64,000 bases of DNA from an uncultured delta proteobacterium (GTDB lineage: Bacteria; Desulfobacterota; Binatia; UBA9968). Position numbers and translations under genes: made by a program. A model generated the notes under the pieces. It had not been told where the DNA came from, did no database searches, and saw only the letters and a program-made list of their open reading frames with translations. Positions 19,808-28,464 of this stretch are shown piece by piece. The number at the start of each line of letters is the position of its first letter. Positions within the stretch are counted from its first letter, which is position 1. The stretch covers positions 384,001 to 448,000 of the forward strand of contig CAVUZH010000016.1 of assembly GCA_963745835.1 (NCBI GenBank). Reading direction: 5' to 3'.

Positions 19808-21331
19808 ATGAGGCAAATGAAACTACGGAAGTTCATAAATCAGCGGTTCATATCACTGCTGCTGCTGTCGCTTTCGTTCAGTCCTGAGGCGCTCGCGGCT
19901 CAACTTCAGCTGGCGTGGGTAGATAATTCCGCTAATGAGGACGGCTTTAAGATCGATCGATTGATCGGAGCAACTGGAGCCTTCGTGCCGATTGCAACGG
20001 TTGGCGCAAACGTAACCTCCTACACCGATCCAAACCTTTCCTACGGAACTAACTACTGTTATAGGGTCAGAGCTTTCAACAGCGCTGGAGATTCTCCCTC
20101 CGTCGAAGCCTGCAAAGCTACTGAAACATTGGCAACTTCTATTCTCTCGATTAGCAGGTCAGGAAATGGCAGTGGCACCGTCACCTCTAATCCAACAGCC
20201 GTAAACTGCGGCACAAGTTGCGATGCGACGTTGACCACCGGCGCTACCGTATCATTGGTGGCCACACCAGCCGCAGGTTCGACATTTACCGGCTGGAGCG
20301 GTCACGCAGATTGCATCGATGGTTCGGTTACGATGAACACAAATAAAAGCTGTATCGCGACGTTCAATAAACCCAGGGTCGACCTACGGGCGGAGTGGCT
20401 GCACGATAGCGCACAGCTTTTAACCAACCGGACCAAATACGCAGACGTCAATGGCGACGGAAAAATCGATGCAGTTTACTTTGATACTGCCGGAAGCCGA
20501 GGAATCTGGGTTAGTTTAGGCACTGAGAATGGGTTTGCACCGGCAGAGATGTGGCTGCAACACGGCGATTCCACCCCGGATCAAATTCAATATGCAGACG
20601 TCAATGGAGACGGAACAGCCGACGCACTCTACTTCGACACGTTACGCAGCCGCGGCGTATGGGTCAGCCTGTCTGAAGGAATCGGCTTTAAGCCGGCAGA
20701 GATGTGGGTCCAGTATGGCGAGTCTACCCCAAACCAAATCCAATACGCAGATATCAACGGAGATGGTAAGGCTGATGCGCTTTACTTTGACAGCGGTAAA
20801 TCGAACTGTGTCCACGTCAGTTTCTCGACTGGCATCGGCTTTACTTCTCCGAAATCCTGGATCTGCCATGGACCCTCGACGCCGGACCAGATCCAGTATG
20901 CAGACGTGAACGGGGATGGAAAAGTTGATGCAATATACTTTGATACATTTCGCAGCCGAGGCGTATGGGTGAGCCTATCCACAGGGACAGCCTTTAAGCC
21001 GGTGAAAAACTGGCTGCAACATGGCGATTCGACGCCCAATCAGATTCAGTATGCTGATGTGAACGGAGACGGCAAAGCAGACGCGCTTTATTTTGATACG
21101 TTCCGCAGCCGAGGCGTATGGGTGAGCTTATCTACCGGAACAGGTTTTACCCAAGGGCAGCTGTGGCTAGAACACGGAGAATCCGCACCAGACCAGATCG
21201 AATACTCCGATCTTAACGGGGATGGAAAAGCCGACGCTATTTACTACGATACTCTGCGCAGCGGAGGCGTGTGGGTCAGTTTATCCAACGGCGATAGTTT
21301 CGCTTCGGCTTTTCTTTGGTCAACTAACTGA
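19808..21331 (+). CDS. Secreted protein: Fn3-like domain, InlB B-repeat-like domain and six FG-GAP/VCBS repeats
   Basis: Signal peptide ending ALA; WVDNSANEDGFKIDR...YCYRVRAFNSAGDS (Fn3); GNGSGTVTS...LVATPAAGSTFTGWSG; six DxNGDGxxD repeats. Confidence 0.85.
   Translation: MRQMKLRKFINQRFISLLLLSLSFSPEALAAQLQLAWVDNSANEDGFKIDRLIGATGAFVPIATVGANVTSYTDPNLSYGTNYCYRVRAFNSAGDSPSVEACKATETLATSILSISRSGNGSGTVTSNPTAVNCGTSCDATLTTGATVSLVATPAAGSTFTGWSGHADCIDGSVTMNTNKSCIATFNKPRVDLRAEWLHDSAQLLTNRTKYADVNGDGKIDAVYFDTAGSRGIWVSLGTENGFAPAEMWLQHGDSTPDQIQYADVNGDGTADALYFDTLRSRGVWVSLSEGIGFKPAEMWVQYGESTPNQIQYADINGDGKADALYFDSGKSNCVHVSFSTGIGFTSPKSWICHGPSTPDQIQYADVNGDGKVDAIYFDTFRSRGVWVSLSTGTAFKPVKNWLQHGDSTPNQIQYADVNGDGKADALYFDTFRSRGVWVSLSTGTGFTQGQLWLEHGESAPDQIEYSDLNGDGKADAIYYDTLRSGGVWVSLSNGDSFASAFLWSTN
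20396..21328 (+). repeat. Six coding tandem repeats of 153 bp (51 aa)
   Basis: Consensus WLQHGxSTPDQIQYADVNGDGKADALYFDTxRSRGVWVSLSTGxGFxxxxx. Confidence 0.92.
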
Positions 21332-21441
21332 TCACCGATCTAAGCCGGATCATTTGCTTCATAACCGTTAGCTGAGCAACTTCTCTGGCCTGCGGCTACT
21401 AAGCGACACATTGGCAACGATCGAAATTTGCCGATACAGAA

Positions 21442-23754
21442 TCATGGGAGCCAAAGAAGGCCATTACCGAAAACAGCGCCGTTTGACAGGCTAACCCAGA
21501 CGCCCTTACTCCTTGAAGTGTCGAAATAGGATGCATCGGCTTTGCCATCTCCATTCACATCGATGTATTGAATCTGATCCGGAGTAGAGGCTCCGTGCCG
21601 CAACCACAACTCTCCAGCACCGAACGACGTTCCTGTTGAGCGACTTACCCACACTCCTCTACTGCGCAGTGTGTCAAAGTAGACTGCATCGACCCTACCA
21701 TCTCCGTCAACATCGGCATATTGGATCTGATCAGGGCTCGAAGGTCCGTGTTGAAGCCATAATTGCGCCCCTAAGAAACTGGTACCTGTTGATAGACTCA
21801 CCCAGACACCATTGCTCCTCAGGGTATCGAAATATAGTGCATCGACCTTTCCGTCTCCATTAACATCAACATACTGAAGTTGCTCGGATGTCGACGGTCC
21901 ATGCTGCAGCCAGATCGACGGAGTCGTGAAACCCGAGCCAGTCGATATTCCGACCCGTAGCGTTCCGCCGGTGTCAAAATGGAGCGCATCGGCTTTGCCG
22001 TCCCCGTTTACATCAAAATACTTGATCTGATCCGGCGTCGATGGCGGGTATTGAGCCCACATTTCCGGTGTCGCAAAGCCAGCGCCGCTGGATAGACTCA
22101 CCAATACTCCTCCAGTTTGAGAGGTATCGAAATACAGCGCATCGGCTTTGCCATCTCCATTGACATCAGCGTACTGGATTTGGTCAGGCGTCGATGGGCC
22201 GTGTTGAAGCCACATGTCCGGTGCTGTGAAACCGGTACCTGTCGACAACCCGACCCAAATCCCGTTACTTCTAAATGTATCGAAATACAATGCATCGGCC
22301 TTGCCATCGCCGTCTACGTCAGCATATTGGATCTGATCGGGAGTCGATGGCCCATGCTGCAACCACATTTCTGGAACCGTTGGATCAGTGCCTGTCGATA
22401 GACTCACCCAAACCCCTGCCCCGCCGGAAACGTCGAAATTTAGAGTATCGACCTTACCGTCTCCGTTTACATCAGCATATTGGATTTGACCTATAGAAAT
22501 GTTTTTTGGGTAGATAAAGTTTATGCCTGCAATGTCGTCAGTTTGTAGCGCGGCACCGCGACCGTCGAAGTGGGCAAAAGCATTCATAGTCGCAGTCGTG
22601 TCTGACGAATGGCCCAAACCAAGCACGTGTCCTAGTTCATGCGTTGCTACTTCGGCGAGATTGTTGAAATTTTCATAAAACCCGCAACCCTGCCAGCCGT
22701 CGGCGAATACAAGATCTCCTTCAAGGATCCGGAAAAACGTTTGACCATTGGCCACTCCGGTCTGGTTCGTACTTCGAAAGAATCCGCCGATAGCTAGTGT
22801 GCCACTGCAACCCTGTGGTGGATCGATCTGACCCAGTGGATCACCAAACGAAACCGCATTGATACCGTCAAACGCAAACCCTTGCGCAGAGGTAAAGCCA
22901 GCGTCATGAAATCTAAATGTTGTGCCTATAACGGTGCTCCAAGCCTGATAAGCATTACGGATCTGCTCAAATCCACCACCTGGAGCATTGGCTTCTCCCT
23001 GAGAATTCAAGAACATCGAGACCTGGCTGTTGCTGTCCGGTTCAAACCACCTTGACGCAGTGCCAAGAAAACTAAACTTTTCATGATTCTCGACGATGTC
23101 TCCCGGCAACGCGTGCAGAATAGAAAGAGCCGCAGACCGATTTGCTTGTTCTTGCGCGGCTTGAGCTGCTATTTCCGCTTTGAACCGGCTCAAGGCCCGC
23201 ATTTCGACAACCGCACTAGCTGAAGTTGGATTTGTACCTGAAGGCGCTAGACGTTGGACCCCTTCTGGCATCGAATATCTGGAGGCAAATTGTTCTCCGG
23301 TTCGTGAATCCGGCACGATCGAAAATTTTCCCTCGTACAAGTTTAGCACTCGTGGACTGCCATCGGAATTCGGCGTCAGAAATAGCAGAACTCGTTCGCC
23401 CATCGCAAATTCAGGGCTTCCGAAGATCCAGGACCGGAGCCCTCCAACGACTCCACCTAACTGCTTTATCGTTATCTCAGCGTCACCGAGTTCTCCTTTG
23501 AGGACTTCCTCGATCCTAATCCCGATATGGGTATAGATTTGCGTCTTTGCCGCATACCAATGGCCATCAATTCTTGTAACTTTCCCTACAACGATCATGC
23601 TTGCTTGTCGAATGAGGTTACGATCTTCAGTGGGTATGATAATAGTTGCATCGGCATTCCTCAGATGGCCCATGACGGAAATCAAAATAGCGCAAAGGAT
23701 CAGTAGCCTCGGGAGTCGGCGCGAAAATACTCTGGTCCGCTGTTGATGAATCAA
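21442..23754 (-). CDS. Secreted matrixin-like (metzincin) zinc metalloprotease with an N-terminal TIMP-like domain and seven FG-GAP repeats
   Basis: Signal peptide ending ADA; HELGHVLGLGHS zinc motif; Met-turn ATM; seven DVxGDG repeats. Confidence 0.88.
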   Translation of the reverse strand: MIHQQRTRVFSRRLPRLLILCAILISVMGHLRNADATIIIPTEDRNLIRQASMIVVGKVTRIDGHWYAAKTQIYTHIGIRIEEVLKGELGDAEITIKQLGGVVGGLRSWIFGSPEFAMGERVLLFLTPNSDGSPRVLNLYEGKFSIVPDSRTGEQFASRYSMPEGVQRLAPSGTNPTSASAVVEMRALSRFKAEIAAQAAQEQANRSAALSILHALPGDIVENHEKFSFLGTASRWFEPDSNSQVSMFLNSQGEANAPGGGFEQIRNAYQAWSTVIGTTFRFHDAGFTSAQGFAFDGINAVSFGDPLGQIDPPQGCSGTLAIGGFFRSTNQTGVANGQTFFRILEGDLVFADGWQGCGFYENFNNLAEVATHELGHVLGLGHSSDTTATMNAFAHFDGRGAALQTDDIAGINFIYPKNISIGQIQYADVNGDGKVDTLNFDVSGGAGVWVSLSTGTDPTVPEMWLQHGPSTPDQIQYADVDGDGKADALYFDTFRSNGIWVGLSTGTGFTAPDMWLQHGPSTPDQIQYADVNGDGKADALYFDTSQTGGVLVSLSSGAGFATPEMWAQYPPSTPDQIKYFDVNGDGKADALHFDTGGTLRVGISTGSGFTTPSIWLQHGPSTSEQLQYVDVNGDGKVDALYFDTLRSNGVWVSLSTGTSFLGAQLWLQHGPSSPDQIQYADVDGDGRVDAVYFDTLRSRGVWVSRSTGTSFGAGELWLRHGASTPDQIQYIDVNGDGKADASYFDTSRSKGVWVSLSNGAVFGNGLLWLP
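21445..22488 (-). repeat. Seven coding repeats of ~153 bp, same family as 20396..21328 but in inverted orientation
   Basis: Unit WLQHGPSTPDQIQYADVNGDGKADALYFDT..S.GVWVSLSTG; the first copy is partial and the fourth is 49 aa. Confidence 0.92.
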
Positions 23755-23795
23755 GTTGATCGATCCTTGTTTAAAAAACGTTAGACTACCTAGTA

Positions 23796-24269
23796 CTATG
23801 TGATTGCCTCTTGGACTTGCAACTTGAAGTTGTCGAGCGGGAATTGATCCAGTGGTTTACTAACTCCCGGAATTCTACGCACCGCCATCTCCCCTTCAGG
23901 ACGTCGTAGAATCGAGAACTTACCTTGAAAAGAGCCAACTAGTTGTAACCTGTCTCGGTTGTTTTTAAGCAGGAATACGGCGACTCTTTCTCCCTCTTCA
24001 AACGACGCCGCTTCGCCCACCGAACTAGCGATCTCCCCCGCGATGCCGCCAAGTTGATGGAAGCTGATTTTGCCATACTCAACCGTACCTTTGAAAATCT
24101 CTTCAACTTTCAAATCGATCCGAGTTTCAATCGCGGTTCGATTGAGGTTCCAATCACTTGCTATGAAACTTACCGTACCAAGAACAATGACATCCGACCG
24201 CTTCGCTAGCTCAGCGATTGAAAGTGCGCGTGTAAGGACAGAACTCGCTTGAACATTGCCAGCGCACAA
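23796..24269 (-). CDS. Small secreted protein paralogous to the N-domain of the adjacent protease (TIMP/NTR-like); true start lies upstream, 5' end disrupted
   Basis: SDVIVLGTV...IETRIDLKVEEIFKG...QLGG...FEEGERVAVFL...QGKFSI aligns with the protease segment ASMIVVGKV...IYTHIGIRIEEVLKG...QLGG...FAMGERVLLFL...EGKFSI. An in-frame hydrophobic stretch FLFILTLLCAGNVQA extends to ~24290. Confidence 0.75.
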   Translation of the reverse strand: MCAGNVQASSVLTRALSIAELAKRSDVIVLGTVSFIASDWNLNRTAIETRIDLKVEEIFKGTVEYGKISFHQLGGIAGEIASSVGEAASFEEGERVAVFLLKNNRDRLQLVGSFQGKFSILRRPEGEMAVRRIPGVSKPLDQFPLDNFKLQVQEAIT

Positions 24270-24490
24270 AAGGGTCAGGATAAACAGGAATCACTATGCG
24301 AGGAGTTGTGGATAGGTTTACGAGTTTGGCAAAACCTGCCGGTTTCTGAAGTTTCACTGGAGAGCATGAATGTCGGGTCGAGATTGTGGCGCCTACAATT
24401 GACCAAAATGGAACATATGTCAACTTAATTCATGGTAATTCGTTGCATGTGACATTCACGTTGGCTAGAATTATTGCTATTCGCGTCAAT

Positions 24491-24514
24491 TGAATTCGCT
24501 TCTGAATTCGCTTC
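24491..24514. repeat. 12-bp tandem duplication in an intergenic region
   Basis: tgaattcgcttc occurs twice, upstream of the TIMP-like/protease genes. Confidence 0.7.
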
Positions 24515-24604
24515 ACGCTTGTGTCTTCCAAATAGGTGGCGGACTTCATGTCAGCTAAGTCTGGGAGTAAGCGGACGCTTTCTCACGCGCGCCGCAATCT
24601 CCGC

Positions 24605-25600
24605 TCAGGCTAAAGCGCGGTCGAATGCTCGCGCTAGACCCAAGTTCCATGGCTCAAGCGAAAACTTCGTCTCAACATCTCTTCTGGCGGTCTCGCTCAA
24701 CTGGCGTCGCCTGCGTGAGTCCTTGATGAACATAGCAAGGACGTCCGTTAAGACGTCCGCTATCTTAGGGCTTGCCATCAAGAGCGGCCTGTAGTCTTCC
24801 ATAAGCATACCGTCTGGAGTCATCCACGAGGTCTCCCCATAACGACCGGCCACTATTAGGCCGTTTCTCTCATGATCGATATATTCCGCAATGCCCCAGC
24901 CATCGGAAGTGACGATTGTCAAACCGTGGGCCATCGCTTGTACAATCGAGACCACGTGCAGCCGGGCGGAAGGCAATAAGTAGATGTCCGCGCTTTCGAA
25001 CAGCAATTGAACTTCGTCTGCCGGAAGAAATCGATCGATCACCGTAACGTTGCAACGTTCGATAATTTGCCGATATCGCCCATTCAAGTCGTCCGGCAGC
25101 TTGCTTCTGACGATGAGTCGCAAGTTTTTGTATTCTGAATAAAGCATTGAGTAAGCTTCTAAGACATCGAGGCCGCCGCGCAGGTAAAAGCCTGTGGCTC
25201 CTTGATGCCAGGAGTTCGTAAACAATAGCGTAACCGCATCGATGTCGGTCCTCCTTTTTTTAATACGGCGGGACCTGAATACCCATCGGAATGTGTCTGA
25301 CCTTTTCGGCGAGATTGGGATTTCAGAACAAGATCGGAATACTCTGGGCAGTAGAGCGAACGTGGCAGATGATACCTCGACAGCTTTCATTTTCCAGTAA
25401 GGCTTTTATGCGTCGCAAGAAGCCGGAGTCGTAGATCCCATCCAATCCTAACAATCGCGGATAGAGTCTCTTGCCGTTGATTCTTGGAAAAGGCGCGAAC
25501 AAGGTCGTGGTATCGTCAATCTCAATCACCTAAGCGGTCTGCCCGACAACCAATTGGGTACTCGGAGGAAGAGCCAGCACATTGCCGTATAGTTAGCAAA
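24605..25600 (-). pseudogene. Degraded GT4 (GT-B) glycosyltransferase
   Basis: C-terminal ADIYLLPS...AMAHGLTIVTSDGWGIAEYIDHERNG is present. The upstream part lies in another frame (25323..25529) and is preceded by an in-frame TAG at 25530-25532. The 5' limit is approximate. Confidence 0.7.
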
Positions 25601-25883
25601 CGGATCTACGAGAAGAATCTGTCCGGATTTGATCCGCTCGCGTTCGCTTTGGTCGCAGATGTCCTTCTGACACAAGCGTGATGGCCTGCGCGATGAACAG
25701 GCTTAAACCATCTCAGGGCCTTGAGCGTTCGTGCTTTGGAATACTAGACTGGCTGGCAGCAACAAACTCATGAGCCGCCAGTGAATTAGGAACATCCTCG
25801 CATTGAGGATGCCTCGCAACATGCTTGACACTCACAATGGCCGGCGAAGACACTTCTTTTCCTTTACAAATCAGGCGGCACGG

Positions 25884-27857
25884 CTATCTTTGATCCGAAG
25901 TGTTTGTCTCTTGCGCCTCTCGTCTCAAAATGACAGCTCCCTCGGGAAAAATAGACCTTCTATAAAACCTCATTGTCGGCTCAATGACGTCGGTGATTCT
26001 AAAATTTTGCCGAAGATATTCTTTAAAAGGGTCCGTCGAAGGCATTAACTCTTCTTCAAGGACTTTCTCATCATAAAGGCTCATAACAATGACGTTTGTG
26101 TTGGACTGTTCTAGCCGTTCGACCGCCGCTTGACGCCAGCGATAAACCAAGCCAGGCCAGTTGAAGACGTCGGATGACTCCACACCATCTATTTTAATCA
26201 CGTCATCGTAAGACCATATCTTTCCTAACTGGATCATCAAATTTTCGCCTGCAAACGAGTCCGGCCACTGATAGATCAACGGAGTTAATTTGACATAGCG
26301 AGACGACAAAAATCCGTTAGGGTCTTCTTGCGGGAGCTGATAACGTTCTATCTGACGCCGGATATCTTCAAAGAGTTCGAACACGTCTTGTTCGACAAAG
26401 ATGCCGTTCACCGCACCTTGTTCCAGCTTAACCAACCGTCCGGTATTCAAATCTTGTAATTGCGTGTGAACAAGAAGCAGGTAGTTGGAACCTACCGAAT
26501 ACAGTATGAAGAAAATCGCCAATGCGGTCGTTAGCCGCCTACCCGTCGCAGCGAAGTAATTCATGACGGAAGGCAGTAGGCAACCCAAAAACACCGCTAT
26601 GGGAAAGACCCCAAGATAAAGCATGTTGTATGTGGGAAAAAAACGAGCAAAGGTAGCCGGAGTCAAGAGAAGAAGAAATAAAGCAATCTTTGCTTTTTCT
26701 TTCTGCAACCATCCATTCAGGTAAAAGTACAGAGTCGTTGCGGTTAAAGCTAGAAAAGCCGGGAGAATCCCTGCTGCGATTCCGCCGATTCGGCCGACCG
26801 CCCGGTGATCCGCAATGATATCGACGGGAAAGATAAAAAATAGTAGCTCCTGCCAAGAGTAGCCTACCGAGGCGGCGAGCACCACGAATAAAACCCCGAC
26901 AACCGCAAAGGGAAGAAATACGAACGACAACGTCCGCAGTTTGCGGAAACCTCCACGTCCATTTACGGGTGGAATAGCTATGTAAATTACAGCGAAACCG
27001 ATCACCAGTATCCACGCCCAGAAGGTTCTATTGACGCTTACTGAAGTAGAGACTAAATCATTAACATCGGAGTATTCGATCAATAGACGTCGGTACACCA
27101 CCTTCCTAAGAAATATCACTAGCCATATGGAACTAAATGTGGTTAAGACAACAACAGCAAGCGTGTTGAATAATCGCGCTCGACGATCTCGAGCAGTAAT
27201 GAAGTTGTAGATATCCGCGGCAGTATCGCGCAGCGAGACAAAATTTTGGTTCCAATTTTGTCGAATGATCCAATCGACGAGCAACAAACTCGACGGCAAA
27301 AGGAGAAGCAGAGCCGAACTATTGGGATGTCCCCTTGATGCAAACGCGAGAAATGCAAAAACAGCACTGCAGTAAACGTATATTCTACGACTGGTTTGTA
27401 AGAACTTAACGCCGAAATAGATCGCAAAGGAGGCGACGGCCCCCTCAATGAAATACTCCAGCCGCGGATGAGGAAAGGTGCTTAGAGAGTGGCACAATAG
27501 CGTCAAGGCAAACGCCATGAATGGTTCGGAGATTGTGCGCAGAGTGAGATAAATGGGAACTGTCGCCAACAGAATGAGTAAGCAAGTTACGAGTCGAAAA
27601 CCTAAAACCTCGTTGCCGAACCCGAGCGAATACAAGTAATACAGATAAGCCGCAAGCGGAGTGTAGGGCCATCCTGTAGATTTTCCGATGAGCTGACCGG
27701 CGCGAATCGTTTCAACTGCCGTTACCGCCTCGTAATCCTCAGTGGCCAAGTAAAAGCAAGAGGAGAATACAAAGACAACTCCGAGATAAAGAATCAATAT
27801 CGTCAAACAGAAAACATCCATGAAGATGCGCTTCTTAGTTTTAATGAAGTTCAACAA
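25884..27857 (-). CDS. Polytopic membrane protein, GT-C (ArnT/PMT-like) candidate
   Basis: Many TM segments; acidic loop TEDYE after TM1; WPYTPLAAYLY; soluble C-terminal domain. Confidence 0.6.
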   Translation of the reverse strand: MLNFIKTKKRIFMDVFCLTILILYLGVVFVFSSCFYLATEDYEAVTAVETIRAGQLIGKSTGWPYTPLAAYLYYLYSLGFGNEVLGFRLVTCLLILLATVPIYLTLRTISEPFMAFALTLLCHSLSTFPHPRLEYFIEGAVASFAIYFGVKFLQTSRRIYVYCSAVFAFLAFASRGHPNSSALLLLLPSSLLLVDWIIRQNWNQNFVSLRDTAADIYNFITARDRRARLFNTLAVVVLTTFSSIWLVIFLRKVVYRRLLIEYSDVNDLVSTSVSVNRTFWAWILVIGFAVIYIAIPPVNGRGGFRKLRTLSFVFLPFAVVGVLFVVLAASVGYSWQELLFFIFPVDIIADHRAVGRIGGIAAGILPAFLALTATTLYFYLNGWLQKEKAKIALFLLLLTPATFARFFPTYNMLYLGVFPIAVFLGCLLPSVMNYFAATGRRLTTALAIFFILYSVGSNYLLLVHTQLQDLNTGRLVKLEQGAVNGIFVEQDVFELFEDIRRQIERYQLPQEDPNGFLSSRYVKLTPLIYQWPDSFAGENLMIQLGKIWSYDDVIKIDGVESSDVFNWPGLVYRWRQAAVERLEQSNTNVIVMSLYDEKVLEEELMPSTDPFKEYLRQNFRITDVIEPTMRFYRRSIFPEGAVILRREAQETNTSDQR

Positions 27858-28464
27858 GTGTGCTCCGATCCGCTATTGAGTTCCTCTGTTCTCAACTTTC
27901 GTTCCTGGCATTTGCTCTCGAAAGTACCGGCAAAATTTATAAATATCCACTTGACCTAGTCGAAGTCGGCAAACTGGCAACCCTAGCGAGTCTTTCATCT
28001 GTTGAACCGAATTTCGAACGAACACCGCTAAATCAAAGGTCTTGGCGGGCAAATAGGCAACAACTATGCTGTGTCATTGCCAATCTCTATGCCGATACCG
28101 ACCAGGAGTCAGTGTTTTGACGTGGTCTTTCAATGATCTTTCAAATTAGGCGACCACGGATGGAAGGCGAACCTAAATGTCGGGGAAAGGCTAGAACGTA
28201 CTACTCTATATACACGATATACGCGAGATTTCGAATTTACTCACCAGGGTTTCTCGCAGTCAACTGCCTTTCCGTTGTCTTAGCCGTCGTAATTTGCCGT
28301 GATATAAGGCCGAGTCGAACCTTGCTTTAAGGGCTTGTCGCATGCCCTGGGCTCGTGGTCAGCGGTAAAAGACATTCTCAATCCTCACTCAAGATCGACT
28401 TACGGATTGTTCAATTATCGACCGCTAATCTATCGGACCCAGTCCTTGGAATCACCTCCCGGTA

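Noticed and set aside
20396-22488. Regularly spaced repeats as a CRISPR array
   Set aside because: The period is 153 bp, in frame and degenerate at synonymous positions, with no unique spacers or cas genes. These are protein repeats.
27858-28464. 600-bp gap as an ncRNA or mobile-element remnant
   Set aside because: No terminal inverted repeats, transposase motifs or recognisable RNA family could be supported by eye.
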